64,000 nucleotides of DNA from a virus (Duplodnaviria; Caudoviricetes): the IMG/VR virus record IMGVR_UViG_3300029915_001170, positions 1 to 64,000 of that record. The stretch is one strand, 5' to 3'. This document shows, in pieces, positions 36,426 through 45,710 of the stretch. Each line of letters opens with the position of its first letter. Positions within the stretch are counted from its first letter, which is position 1. The position numbers were made by a program, and so were the translations under genes. The notes under the pieces are model-generated. The model ran no database searches. It was given only the letters and a program-made list of their open reading frames with translations, and was not told the DNA's origin.

Positions 36426-38566
36426 TATACCGGCCTCTGTGAAGGATCAAAGGATGCGTACATTTGGATCTTCGAAAAGCGAATCTGCGCAGTATCAGAA
36501 TTTCCAAAAGGTTGTATCTGAATCTGCAACTGAGGAGAATGCACTGTGAAAGCTCCCGCCGTGGTCGTTGTTTGTGGATATATCTGCACCTCGATTGGAT
36601 TACCAGAAAGGGTATTATAGGTTGCTGGCTGCAAAATAAGCGTAGAAAATATAATACCGTTGATGTAAAACGTCACTGTAGTATCTGCTGTGACATTTGC
36701 CCATAGCGCAATGTACAAAGCATCAACTGTGATATCTCTGCCAAAAAGAAGCTCCTCTTGAGGAAATGTAACAAATGGTGCAATTGATCTTGAGTTAACA
36801 TTGGCCAATCCTTCAGTTAAACTAATAGCAACTAAAGAAGTCGGACGACCTTCCTGAAATACCAGTACCGGCGAGTAGGCTGTGAGATTGGCTACTCCTT
36901 GATCAAAAGCAAGAATATCGCAAAAGATTTCGTTTCCAGTGGGAGTACCAGTGTATGAGAACACTTGCCAAGTGTTGTTGGAAGTATTATATAAAAACGT
37001 ACTTCCACCAATCATAAATAAAATAACTGGCCAGGTATCTCCACCGATTGTAACTGCACATGCAACGCTTCCAGTAAGGGCAGCTTGAGATTGAAGAAGA
37101 CTGAAAAACAACGCCTTGATTTTATTACCAATCGGACTTATCGTACTAGAAAGCTGAAAAATATTCGTGTTTCCAACATATGCACCAGTTTGATCATATG
37201 CACACACAAGTTGCGAATCCTGCGCACCTTCTCCAGAGTCACCAAGTCCAATATGCGAAAACTGAAATGGATCAGCACCGCTTCCTAGAGCAGTTGCATA
37301 AGACAATCCCTCAGAGCGAATGATGAAAGCGGTATTGTTTGAAACTACCAGACCAGTTAAAGAATCTCCAATATCTGCAAGTTGTGTAAAGCCAGCTCCA
37401 GTAATATTCCCAGAGCCGTCTTCAGGTGACCACTCATCTAAATCTTCTGCTGCACTCCATGAAAAAATCATACTCGTATCTTGTACAACGTTATTAAGCG
37501 CTGGAATATTTCCAAGACCAATCAAAGAACCTGCGAACTTTCGAAGTATTTGAACCCCGGCATAAAGTGACGAAACTTTGAACAAACCGGGACCAGCATA
37601 CTTTAAGATCATCGGTCCAAGGCCGGCCATGTATAGAGTACCGCCTACCGAGGCAGTAGAAATATTTGACGACTTAAATACAGGTTGAGTAGTATAAGCA
37701 TCTGTTCCACCTTGGAGATTCGTAGGTCCGAAAGTCACAGGAGCGGCGGGAAAATAGTACGGTATTCCGCGACTAGTACTACCATTTGTTGAAGCATCTG
37801 CCACTTGATAATTGTTTCCTGCTGCTCCATTAGCAGAAGAATCGGCATTGGCAGTTATTACAATACCAAGACCATCAGTTGATGCAGAAGCAAAGACAGC
37901 ATCGAAACCAGGCGCGCCGTTGAAAACTGTGTTAAACTGTGTAACAAATGCTGCTACGACCTCCGCTACTGTTTGGGGCGCACCAACAGCTATCGAGACA
38001 GTAGCAATAAGCCCACCTGATAGATACACACCAAGTGCCAAGGTTCCATAATAGTATGCTTTATCTCCCAAGAGAGCTATTGGACCCAGTGGACTGAGTA
38101 TTGGTAGCGTAATCGAAGCCACTGTCGGTGGAAATATAGGAGGTAAAAACCGTACTGAAAAAGTATCGTTTCCGATAAGTGCCGGTGCTCCATATGTATT
38201 ATAATTCCACGAGGTCATATAGAAGGTATAGACTATCCCATTAAGAGTAGATCCATCTGGGGCCTCAGCAAATCCAAGAGCATAATTTAACTGCCCAAGT
38301 GGAGAACTGTAAAACGTTCCTACTTTAAGTAACGTGACTCCCATTGTACCAGACCAAAGAGTAGGGAATACCACCGACTGCCAGTTAGCAACGCATAGCT
38401 TGTTATCTACAACTACAAAACCATCCGAGGCAGCAAAACATTTACCATCGATATAAGCTGGCGGCGCAGACGTATCCACGCCGCCAAAAGGAGCTTCAAG
38501 ACCGCCATAGGTAATTTCGACTCCTAAATTACCATTTGCGAGTTTTTCTGTTTTCGCGTGTCCCAT
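36425..38566 (-). CDS. Tail nozzle/stabilisation protein (P22 gp10-like beta-propeller)
   Basis: PFGGVD..P N-terminus, FSWSAAEDLDEW...GAG, IGNKI, YNTSNNTW. Confidence 0.6.
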   Translation of the reverse strand: MGHAKTEKLANGNLGVEITYGGLEAPFGGVDTSAPPAYIDGKCFAASDGFVVVDNKLCVANWQSVVFPTLWSGTMGVTLLKVGTFYSSPLGQLNYALGFAEAPDGSTLNGIVYTFYMTSWNYNTYGAPALIGNDTFSVRFLPPIFPPTVASITLPILSPLGPIALLGDKAYYYGTLALGVYLSGGLIATVSIAVGAPQTVAEVVAAFVTQFNTVFNGAPGFDAVFASASTDGLGIVITANADSSANGAAGNNYQVADASTNGSTSRGIPYYFPAAPVTFGPTNLQGGTDAYTTQPVFKSSNISTASVGGTLYMAGLGPMILKYAGPGLFKVSSLYAGVQILRKFAGSLIGLGNIPALNNVVQDTSMIFSWSAAEDLDEWSPEDGSGNITGAGFTQLADIGDSLTGLVVSNNTAFIIRSEGLSYATALGSGADPFQFSHIGLGDSGEGAQDSQLVCAYDQTGAYVGNTNIFQLSSTISPIGNKIKALFFSLLQSQAALTGSVACAVTIGGDTWPVILFMIGGSTFLYNTSNNTWQVFSYTGTPTGNEIFCDILAFDQGVANLTAYSPVLVFQEGRPTSLVAISLTEGLANVNSRSIAPFVTFPQEELLFGRDITVDALYIALWANVTADTTVTFYINGIIFSTLILQPATYNTLSGNPIEVQIYPQTTTTAGAFTVHSPQLQIQIQPFGNSDTAQIRFSKIQMYASFDPSQRPV

Positions 38567-38589
38567 GGAAACTCCTAAGCTTTGCCCGC

Positions 38590-38865
38590 TTACTTTGTTC
38601 CGAGGTACAGATTAACTTCTCCAGTGAAGGTACCGCTAAACGTAAGCGGCCCGCTCATCCAGCCAAGTTCTTGAAAGTTTACAGCACTTCCATCAGCCGG
38701 AAAAGTCCATTGAAATGCGCGACCAGCTACATCTGTGATGATAAATGTCTGAGCCGCTACCGCACCGGTCCAAGTACCACCTTTAAACTTTACATTTGCT
38801 GTTCCAAAAGGAGTGGTGCCAGCACCAGTAATCTTCCAGATACGGCCTGAGTAATCATTTGCCAT
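38590..38865 (-). CDS. Small structural protein
   Basis: AAGGAG RBS; position. Confidence 0.55.
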   Translation of the reverse strand: MANDYSGRIWKITGAGTTPFGTANVKFKGGTWTGAVAAQTFIITDVAGRAFQWTFPADGSAVNFQELGWMSGPLTFSGTFTGEVNLYLGTK

Positions 38866-38878
38866 CTGCTACTCCTTT

Positions 38879-39571
38879 CTAGTTCCAGTTAAAGTGGCAC
38901 TTGATTACCACACCATAAAATGAAACTGTACCACCAGCTCCCGCAGTAAGGTTAACGTTTAAGACAAGCTCTGAATCCGCGGAAATGATCATAGCAGGAG
39001 AGGCGATCGGCACATTGATAACTTTCACCTGACCTGCCGTGTTTGTGGTAGTTGTAAGTCCATTTGCACCAAGAGCAATCAAATTCGATACTACTGGCGC
39101 AGCGGCATTGGAGAAGACTGTCTTAGTTAGCCCAATCGTTGCTACTGTGGCAGCCGCAGCATAGACTCCATAAATTACATCGATACTATCAATCTGTGTT
39201 CCCTTGGGTACTGGCCCACTCTGCGGTCCGATGAGGGTCGCCATAGCAGAAGCCAACGTAGGTGGAAATCCTGTAATACCTTCTGGACCGCTTGTACCTG
39301 CTACTGTCGAAGGCCCAGGAACCGAAGCAGCAGTTCCATACTGCTCCTGATCATATGCAGTTGTAGCATAAACTCCTGTGCGAATAAAAGCTTCCAGATT
39401 CGCAAAGAAAGTTCCAGCTTGAGTAGCTGCAAGGTTAAGTGAGAAGAGTCCCGCTCCTGCCGATCCTCTAGCAGCCAGGCTGGCAGTATCAAAGAACTCC
39501 GATGCACCGATAAAAAACTGACCGTCAGGAACCGAAACATCCTGAGTCCAGCGTCCGTCTGTCTGACTCAT
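38879..39571 (-). CDS. Structural/decoration protein
   Basis: Beta-rich; downstream of the capsid gene. Confidence 0.55.
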   Translation of the reverse strand: MSQTDGRWTQDVSVPDGQFFIGASEFFDTASLAARGSAGAGLFSLNLAATQAGTFFANLEAFIRTGVYATTAYDQEQYGTAASVPGPSTVAGTSGPEGITGFPPTLASAMATLIGPQSGPVPKGTQIDSIDVIYGVYAAAATVATIGLTKTVFSNAAAPVVSNLIALGANGLTTTTNTAGQVKVINVPIASPAMIISADSELVLNVNLTAGAGGTVSFYGVVIKCHFNWN

Positions 39572-39599
39572 TTGAAACTCCTTCAGCGCCTTGGCGCTT

Positions 39600-39887
39600 T
39601 TAGACTAGAAAATCTTCCACTTCTTCTGCAAAATCTGGTTGTCGTACCTTCTCTACCGGAACAAGCTCTTCTTTACCGTCTGTGAGAACCTGTGCAATTC
39701 GCACATCTCGCTCACCTAGAAGTCCTGGTCCACGACGAGAGTTTGAATCTTGACAATGAATGCAAAGCAGCAATCCCCGTTCCCATTTCATCTGTGCAAT
39801 TTTTGTTTTCCTGTCACATCTTGCACAGTAGCGCCAAGGGCCTCGCCAGAGAGTGTGTTTCAAACCGGATTCAGCAAAGAAACTCAT
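39600..39887 (-). CDS. Small zinc-finger protein
   Basis: CARCD...GLLLCIHCQD. Confidence 0.6.
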   Translation of the reverse strand: MSFFAESGLKHTLWRGPWRYCARCDRKTKIAQMKWERGLLLCIHCQDSNSRRGPGLLGERDVRIAQVLTDGKEELVPVEKVRQPDFAEEVEDFLV

Positions 39888-39975
39888 TTTAAACTCCTTT
39901 TAGTAGACGGAGAGCGGGGAGCAGGATCCGCTCTCCCCATCTACCTTGCAACGATGGATTGTTGCAAACTTGAGG

Positions 39976-40935
39976 CTACGGTCCCTGAGTACCCCACACT
40001 CCCTGCCAACGAGGGCACCATGCAGCAACACGCATACGAGTTTTCTGCTTGATCGCATCCGTATCGAAGTCGTCGTCAAAGTCCGTGGAGGGTGCTTCGC
40101 GGTTGATAACCTCCAAAGCATGGTCCTGCTTCTCTGCAACCAAGAACCAAGCGCTAGGATTATTGAGCCAAGGAACTTCGATGTTCTTGTAATCCTCGGG
40201 CAGCAGAGAGTTGATGGTGTTGTCTGCTGTGTAAGGTTTACCCGAAGAACCAAGAATCTCACGAACAAGGAACCGAAGCTCAGGAGGCGTGATCAGATTG
40301 ACCCAGCGAAGTCGAATCGGAAAGCCCATGTTATCAATCATCCGAGAAGCATGATTGGTAGCAAGCTGTAATCCAGCAACGCTGAAGTCCACGTCCACCG
40401 GGGGCCGATTAGGATATGTGCCAGGCGCACTAATAACACCCGCCGCTCCAGGAGCAATCTGGGTAGCATAAGCACCACCGAGAAGAGCATGCTGATTGTA
40501 GAACAGCGGATTGCCGTCGAATGTGGTGACGGCACTGGTAAAGCCCTGGTTGAATACATTCCACGCAATCATCTCTTTGGTAAAGGCAGCAGAACGAGCA
40601 AGCATAGTCGGTCCCTTTTTACCTACCAACCCATACTTATCATCGTCATACAATTCCTTCGAGGTACGAATACCCAAAGAGTATGTCAGAGGTTCAACAC
40701 GCTTAGAAGCACCCTGCTTCATTTCTGTGTAAGCAGTTGAGGCGTTTTCGGGCTTTTCCTGTAGAATAGAAACGCCCGCCATTTCCAGCTCTTGTTCGTA
40801 CTCAGAATCCGAATCAACTTCGTGAAACACCTTCGGATAATCTGAAGCTTTGAGCTGGCTATCGAGGCTATCGAAGTAGATTTTACGAAGCCCCGGCTGC
40901 ATAAGTTGTGGAAATTTCGCTCGTACTTGAGGCAT
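39976..40935 (-). CDS. Major capsid protein (Mu gpT-like family)
   Basis: L.PGL, S..EYE, KPE, Y.LG...KE..DD.Y, DG.PLF...H, LITPPEL, AWFL. Confidence 0.85.
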   Translation of the reverse strand: MPQVRAKFPQLMQPGLRKIYFDSLDSQLKASDYPKVFHEVDSDSEYEQELEMAGVSILQEKPENASTAYTEMKQGASKRVEPLTYSLGIRTSKELYDDDKYGLVGKKGPTMLARSAAFTKEMIAWNVFNQGFTSAVTTFDGNPLFYNQHALLGGAYATQIAPGAAGVISAPGTYPNRPPVDVDFSVAGLQLATNHASRMIDNMGFPIRLRWVNLITPPELRFLVREILGSSGKPYTADNTINSLLPEDYKNIEVPWLNNPSAWFLVAEKQDHALEVINREAPSTDFDDDFDTDAIKQKTRMRVAAWCPRWQGVWGTQGP

Positions 40936-40951
40936 AGAAAATCTCCTTCGA

Positions 40952-41572
40952 TTAAGCTACCTGAATGGCAGCGGTGAGAAAAACAAAGTTAACTGGTGCG
41001 TTGACATAGGAACCAAGAGGAAGAGCAATAATCTGTACAACTGCGGAGCCACCGGTCTTGGACTTGTCCACGTACCAGTAACCGTTAGCATCCTTGGTAA
41101 GACCGTAGGTAAGACCAATAGATGCCTGCACAGGAGTGTAATCAGCAGAAACACTACCAGTCGCATTATCAAACAGCGCCTGGAAAATGTTATCCTGGTT
41201 CGGTTCCATATACAACGTGCGTCCATCAGAAACCGGTGTGCCAATAGCAATGTTTACACCGAGAGGCTGATTGACTACAGAACCGTAGGTTTGGATAGCA
41301 ATAGTGCCAGTAACTCCACCAAACGGCGGCACCGGAGCACCAGTTCCAACAGCTGCTAGGTTAAGGCCGAAAGATTCTGCTACTCCTAGAATCCCAGCCG
41401 ATACAGTTGTGCCATCCCACTGTTGAACATAGCCGGAGCCGTTCAGTTGCACTGGGACGCCAGTAAGAAAAGTTTGCCCGGCCGCTTCAGGTTGAGAGCT
41501 AGTATAAGGTGTAGTGTTCGCCTTATTCTGTACCTGGAGAATCGGCAGATGCGTGGTAAGATTTGCTGGCAT
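40952..41572 (-). CDS. Capsid decoration/cement protein
   Basis: EAAGQTF..G.PV...G...ILGVA; lies before the major capsid gene. Confidence 0.55.
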   Translation of the reverse strand: MPANLTTHLPILQVQNKANTTPYTSSQPEAAGQTFLTGVPVQLNGSGYVQQWDGTTVSAGILGVAESFGLNLAAVGTGAPVPPFGGVTGTIAIQTYGSVVNQPLGVNIAIGTPVSDGRTLYMEPNQDNIFQALFDNATGSVSADYTPVQASIGLTYGLTKDANGYWYVDKSKTGGSAVVQIIALPLGSYVNAPVNFVFLTAAIQVA

Positions 41573-41625
41573 GTGCTTTACCTCATCTGAAAATGTTTAG
41601 GCGGCTCCTGCTACCGCGGTTGATG

Positions 41626-42225
41626 TTAAGCTTCCGGCTCGTAGAAGGTAGAGAATCTATCTAGCATCGGAGCCTCTCCAAGTTCAAAAGTGCCGACGAT
41701 TTTAGAAGTCGGAGGTCTGTGGTTGTTACCGAGTTGACGTTTTGAAAGTTCAAGTCCCCTACGACGCTTGCCATAGAGAATTCGTTTATGAACACGCATA
41801 CAGACCACATCCTGATAAGTGTAGCGTTCTTCAGAATCGAAGAGCAACGGCACCTTAAACGTAGGCTCTACATGCTCAGGCTTGAGAAACTCATAACCCT
41901 CTGCAAGAAGCTGACCAAGCCTACGCTGATCTGTAGAAGCCCAAACAATCTCATATTCGGTATCTTTGAGTTTCATGTTCATATAATCTGGAATCTCATG
42001 ATCGATCACAGGAATATTGATGCGTGTATCGTACGCATCCTGCTCCTTGAGATTCTTCCAGTCCGGCTCCTTCGGAGCAGCAGCTTCTGCACGTTCTTTT
42101 TTGATGTTTGAAAGAACCTTCTTGATCTGCTCCTCAAGCTCTGTATTGTTAAGCTTTGGATCTGCAATAGCTTGTGCAACCTGTGCAGCCTGAGCGGTTT
42201 CTGTTTTATGCTCTATCGTAGGCAT
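41626..42225 (-). CDS. Head-module hypothetical protein
   Basis: Y..VW...EGYEF...DVVCMR; position. Confidence 0.55.
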   Translation of the reverse strand: MPTIEHKTETAQAAQVAQAIADPKLNNTELEEQIKKVLSNIKKERAEAAAPKEPDWKNLKEQDAYDTRINIPVIDHEIPDYMNMKLKDTEYEIVWASTDQRRLGQLLAEGYEFLKPEHVEPTFKVPLLFDSEERYTYQDVVCMRVHKRILYGKRRRGLELSKRQLGNNHRPPTSKIVGTFELGEAPMLDRFSTFYEPEA

Positions 42226-42944
42226 TAGTATCCCACCCCTTCTTTATCAAGCATCTCTGCATAATCCTCAGCAGTAAAACCAAGAAGCTTGGCCGCTTTA
42301 CGAACTTCGTCTGTGGGGGTTTTGCGTTCGTGAGTACCAGAGCCAGTGTCTCCAGCAGAGCCGCCGCTTGTACCACGAGAACCGTTGTCAGAAGAGGCGA
42401 AGCGACTCTTGATCTTGCCTTCGAGAAGTTCATCGGTATGGTTACCCAGAACTGTCTTATAGCAATTTTCAACCACAGAGGCATCATTCTTGGCTTGAAT
42501 GCTCTGTGCGGCAATAAGAGCATCTACCTCGCGCTTGATGTCACCGTGGTAGTATTTGAATTTCTGCTCATCCTCAAAGACCTCACGCTTAACGCGATCA
42601 GCGCGAAGAAGTAGAACCTCGTTTGTCACAGGTTGATTTGCCAAAGCAAGAGCTTGCTTGGTCTTGCCTTCGAGCATCAGAGCTTCGATCTGCTCTTCCA
42701 ATGTACCTTCTGCTTCTTGACGAGAAGAAACAGCGGCTCGTGCAGCAGCGGCGTCGTCCTTTTTCTTTTGCTCTGCTGAAGCGGTCACTTGAATGTTTTT
42801 AAGCTCTTCAAGCATTTCCCGAATCTTTGGAAGCTCTGCGGAGGCCGCAGCACCATCGTCGATCTTTTTCTGAAGATCGTCAGGAAGCGTAAACCCCTCC
42901 TGTCCATCTTCAGCTACCTTTTTCTGCCAGTTAAGAAATGTCAT
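42225..42944 (-). CDS. Capsid scaffolding protein
   Basis: Charged coiled coil ending PTDEVRKAAKLLGFTAEDYA. Confidence 0.65.
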   Translation of the reverse strand: MTFLNWQKKVAEDGQEGFTLPDDLQKKIDDGAAASAELPKIREMLEELKNIQVTASAEQKKKDDAAAARAAVSSRQEAEGTLEEQIEALMLEGKTKQALALANQPVTNEVLLLRADRVKREVFEDEQKFKYYHGDIKREVDALIAAQSIQAKNDASVVENCYKTVLGNHTDELLEGKIKSRFASSDNGSRGTSGGSAGDTGSGTHERKTPTDEVRKAAKLLGFTAEDYAEMLDKEGVGY

Positions 42945-43261
42945 TAGAGATTACTCCCTTCCTGTGAAGATTTGAAAGTGGTTACTTTCCTACTCTGAGC
43001 TTCGATGTTCTCTTCAATTTCTTCAACGACTTCTGGAAGTTGAAGAAGCATATTTGCAAGGTTAAGCTGTGTTTTTAGAATCGCTATGTGAGTCTTGACC
43101 TCTTCTGCTGACTTCTGTAGATTGAGTATCCTCACACCATCAATAGCCTCTTGCTTGAGGCTATTGAGCAGTCCCAGCACCGGCTGGAACTCCTCCCTGC
43201 CCCACAATTCCTTGAGGAACTGTCGATACGGGATTAGGTCTCCCACTTTGTTGATTTCCAT
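42944..43261 (-). CDS. Small protein following the portal (start MEINKVG)
   Basis: AGGAGCAGGA RBS inside the portal gene's 3' end. Confidence 0.6.
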   Translation of the reverse strand: MEINKVGDLIPYRQFLKELWGREEFQPVLGLLNSLKQEAIDGVRILNLQKSAEEVKTHIAILKTQLNLANMLLQLPEVVEEIEENIEAQSRKVTTFKSSQEGSNL

Positions 43262-45116
43262 TTCCTGCTCCTGCTCCCGCAGCTTGCGCTGCTTGTTGCA
43301 TTGCGGCTTCGATAATGTTTGAGACATTCGGTAGAAGCGTCTCAGTATTATCTTTGTTAAAATCACGCAACAGAGTCTGACCCATCACTCGTGTCGCAAG
43401 AAGCATTTCAAGATAGTACTGCTTGAGATCTTGTGGAATTTGTGGCTGAGCGATTGCTTGAATAACCTGGGCCTGGGAGTTGTATAGCCGCTCCATGCGA
43501 TCGCTCAACAGAATATCATTCTGGCGTTCAAGCTCCTTGTTCATAGAAGCTGAGGCTGGCCGAAGTCTCAGGCCAAGCACGCCAGCTTTATACTGATCGA
43601 GAGCTTTTTTGAGCCTCTCTGCCTGTGTACCATACTTTTCAAGTCTCGAGCCGATACCATAGTTTGAGTACATTGTCAGAAACTTTAATCCAAGTTTTAC
43701 ATGTGCTGAGCGCATATCACCAGTGCGCAAGTTGTTTCGGTTATTCTGCTGCATCATAACCATGGAAGTGCCGGCAGCACTGTAGATGCCACGCTTTTGA
43801 TTTACAATTCCACCGCCAGTTCCACCAGTCGCCGGATCTACTCCAGTACGTTCCTTTGCAATAGCCATGTGAAACTGATCTGGCCCATCGCTATATCCAA
43901 GGTCCGCTGCTGATTTAATATGCTCAAGCTCTCCTTCTTTCGCTGGAAGTACAACACCAGGAAAAATATCAAGCATCGAGGTAAGCTTGGATTCCGGATC
44001 TGCTCTCCAGACACCAAGCATAGCCATGTTACGATTATTTGTGCGCCAGTTGTTATTGTTAGAAAGCTCCGTCTGGATCATATGAATCATCTCAGCAAAG
44101 CCGGTGCCGAGATAGGATTCATCGTCATATGCAAGTTTCATGTCCTGGTATGGAAGCATGTTCTTTGGATAGTTGTTAAAGGCTATCCAAAGAATCTTCC
44201 GGCTCTTCTTGTGATACTTTGCTTGGAAAGAGTAGGTCTTTCTTTGAACATCAAACTTAAAGAACAACGTGTAAATGTACCATCGCGCCGCTCCGGCATC
44301 TACGCCAGTGGATTCAATCCCAAACTGCTCGTTAACTTCACGCTCCATTTCAGTTTCTTGAACTGCATCTGGAGATGCGAGAAGCTTGTCAATGTCTGAC
44401 TGCTTGTAATATGGACTTTTAGACTTCAAATCCTGTAAAGCCCACATATCCAGAGAGTCGATATGGCCCATCAACTTCATGTTCTCAAGCTTTGGAACAG
44501 ATGGATCAAAGATAAACCTGTTGAGCGGCAGCAGCTCTGGATGAGGACCATCTCGCTTTACAAAAACCCTGGACTCAGATCTAACCGGATTACCATCCTC
44601 TAAACCACCATCAAGATATACTCGTTCGACCTCACTCTCGTATTCATATGGTGTATAGATAATCCCTGTGCCATATTTGATAGCGCTGTGAAAAGCACTT
44701 TGCTCAACGCGGTATAAGTCCAGCTCATCTGGATCATATGCCATGTCCATAAGGAAGCTTTGCACAATTTGCTTTAACTCTTCTCCATCTTTCGAGGGAA
44801 GATCACCACTCATCGTGGCTGCCCAGAGTGGATCGTACATATAAATGCCACCCATAATACGGGCTAGCAACTCGTCACAAGCAGTGCCGATTATGGGAAT
44901 GACTAGATTTGCTGCGCCAGGCCACGGCCAATCAGCAGATTGATTCTTTGGCCGAGCTTTATACAAGCGCACATACTCTGGCAGTTTCTCCGTGCGAAAT
45001 GTCTGGAGCCGCCGGTCAAGATGCTCAACTTTTTCCTTGATGAACTCGCACAGCTTTTTGTAGTTGTCCGGTCCAAACTCTTTCTCGGTAACTTCTGTAG
45101 GTGGCTGATATGGCAT
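43161..45116 (-). CDS. Portal protein
   Basis: 651 aa; WPWPGAANL, AIKYGTG, FIFDP, LGTGFAE...Q..L, ERTGV; Q/A-rich tail. Confidence 0.8.
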   Translation of the reverse strand: MPYQPPTEVTEKEFGPDNYKKLCEFIKEKVEHLDRRLQTFRTEKLPEYVRLYKARPKNQSADWPWPGAANLVIPIIGTACDELLARIMGGIYMYDPLWAATMSGDLPSKDGEELKQIVQSFLMDMAYDPDELDLYRVEQSAFHSAIKYGTGIIYTPYEYESEVERVYLDGGLEDGNPVRSESRVFVKRDGPHPELLPLNRFIFDPSVPKLENMKLMGHIDSLDMWALQDLKSKSPYYKQSDIDKLLASPDAVQETEMEREVNEQFGIESTGVDAGAARWYIYTLFFKFDVQRKTYSFQAKYHKKSRKILWIAFNNYPKNMLPYQDMKLAYDDESYLGTGFAEMIHMIQTELSNNNNWRTNNRNMAMLGVWRADPESKLTSMLDIFPGVVLPAKEGELEHIKSAADLGYSDGPDQFHMAIAKERTGVDPATGGTGGGIVNQKRGIYSAAGTSMVMMQQNNRNNLRTGDMRSAHVKLGLKFLTMYSNYGIGSRLEKYGTQAERLKKALDQYKAGVLGLRLRPASASMNKELERQNDILLSDRMERLYNSQAQVIQAIAQPQIPQDLKQYYLEMLLATRVMGQTLLRDFNKDNTETLLPNVSNIIEAAMQQAAQAAGAGAGNGNQQSGRPNPVSTVPQGIVGQGGVPAGAGTAQ

Positions 45117-45445
45117 TAGAGGGCACTCGAAATGATTGTAGCATTTGTTCCAGCAACCATATTAGCTAAAGCCACTGGATCGGCCACTGTCTTTGTAACG
45201 TTAGAGGTGATTGTTTCCGTGGCACTCGTGCTTCCAGGCACCTGCGGCGCCGAGAGAGTGTACTGAAACTGTGGCATCGGCATTTGCGCACTGAAAGTCT
45301 TAAAGTCCGCTGTTAACAAGTTTACAAACTTATAGAAAAACTGGTACACTACATTTCCATTTGGTGCAGGTAAAGCCTGCACCAAAGCCGATGCAGCTTG
45401 ATTGGCAATGTAGAATAACATAAGTTGCTGCGGATCAATTGTCAT
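45116..45445 (-). CDS. Holin-like/membrane protein
   Basis: SALVQALPAP...YQFFYKFVNLL. Confidence 0.45.
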   Translation of the reverse strand: MTIDPQQLMLFYIANQAASALVQALPAPNGNVVYQFFYKFVNLLTADFKTFSAQMPMPQFQYTLSAPQVPGSTSATETITSNVTKTVADPVALANMVAGTNATIISSAL

Positions 45446-45453
45446 GCTTGCTC

Positions 45454-45702
45454 CTAACTACGTTGATGTGCCTGAGCGCCATGATCGTAGAGAGCTTTTG
45501 CCGTGGCATAACCACTCTGAAAAGCACTTATCTTTCCAAGCTCCACTGAGTGAGCATTCAGTTCTTTTGAGTGATCCTCTAGCTGAATGTCATGCTCATC
45601 CAATCGCTTTGAGTGAGTTGACTGGTTCGAATACAAAACCCCAGCAAAAAAGATACAAGTAACAATACTTACAATTGTTGGTCCCCAGGCTGCCCAATCC
45701 AT
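45454..45702 (-). CDS. Single-TM plus coiled-coil protein (holin-like)
   Basis: TIVSIVTCIFFAGVLY followed by heptad repeats. Confidence 0.5.
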   Translation of the reverse strand: MDWAAWGPTIVSIVTCIFFAGVLYSNQSTHSKRLDEHDIQLEDHSKELNAHSVELGKISAFQSGYATAKALYDHGAQAHQRS

Positions 45703-45710
45703 GCTGTCTC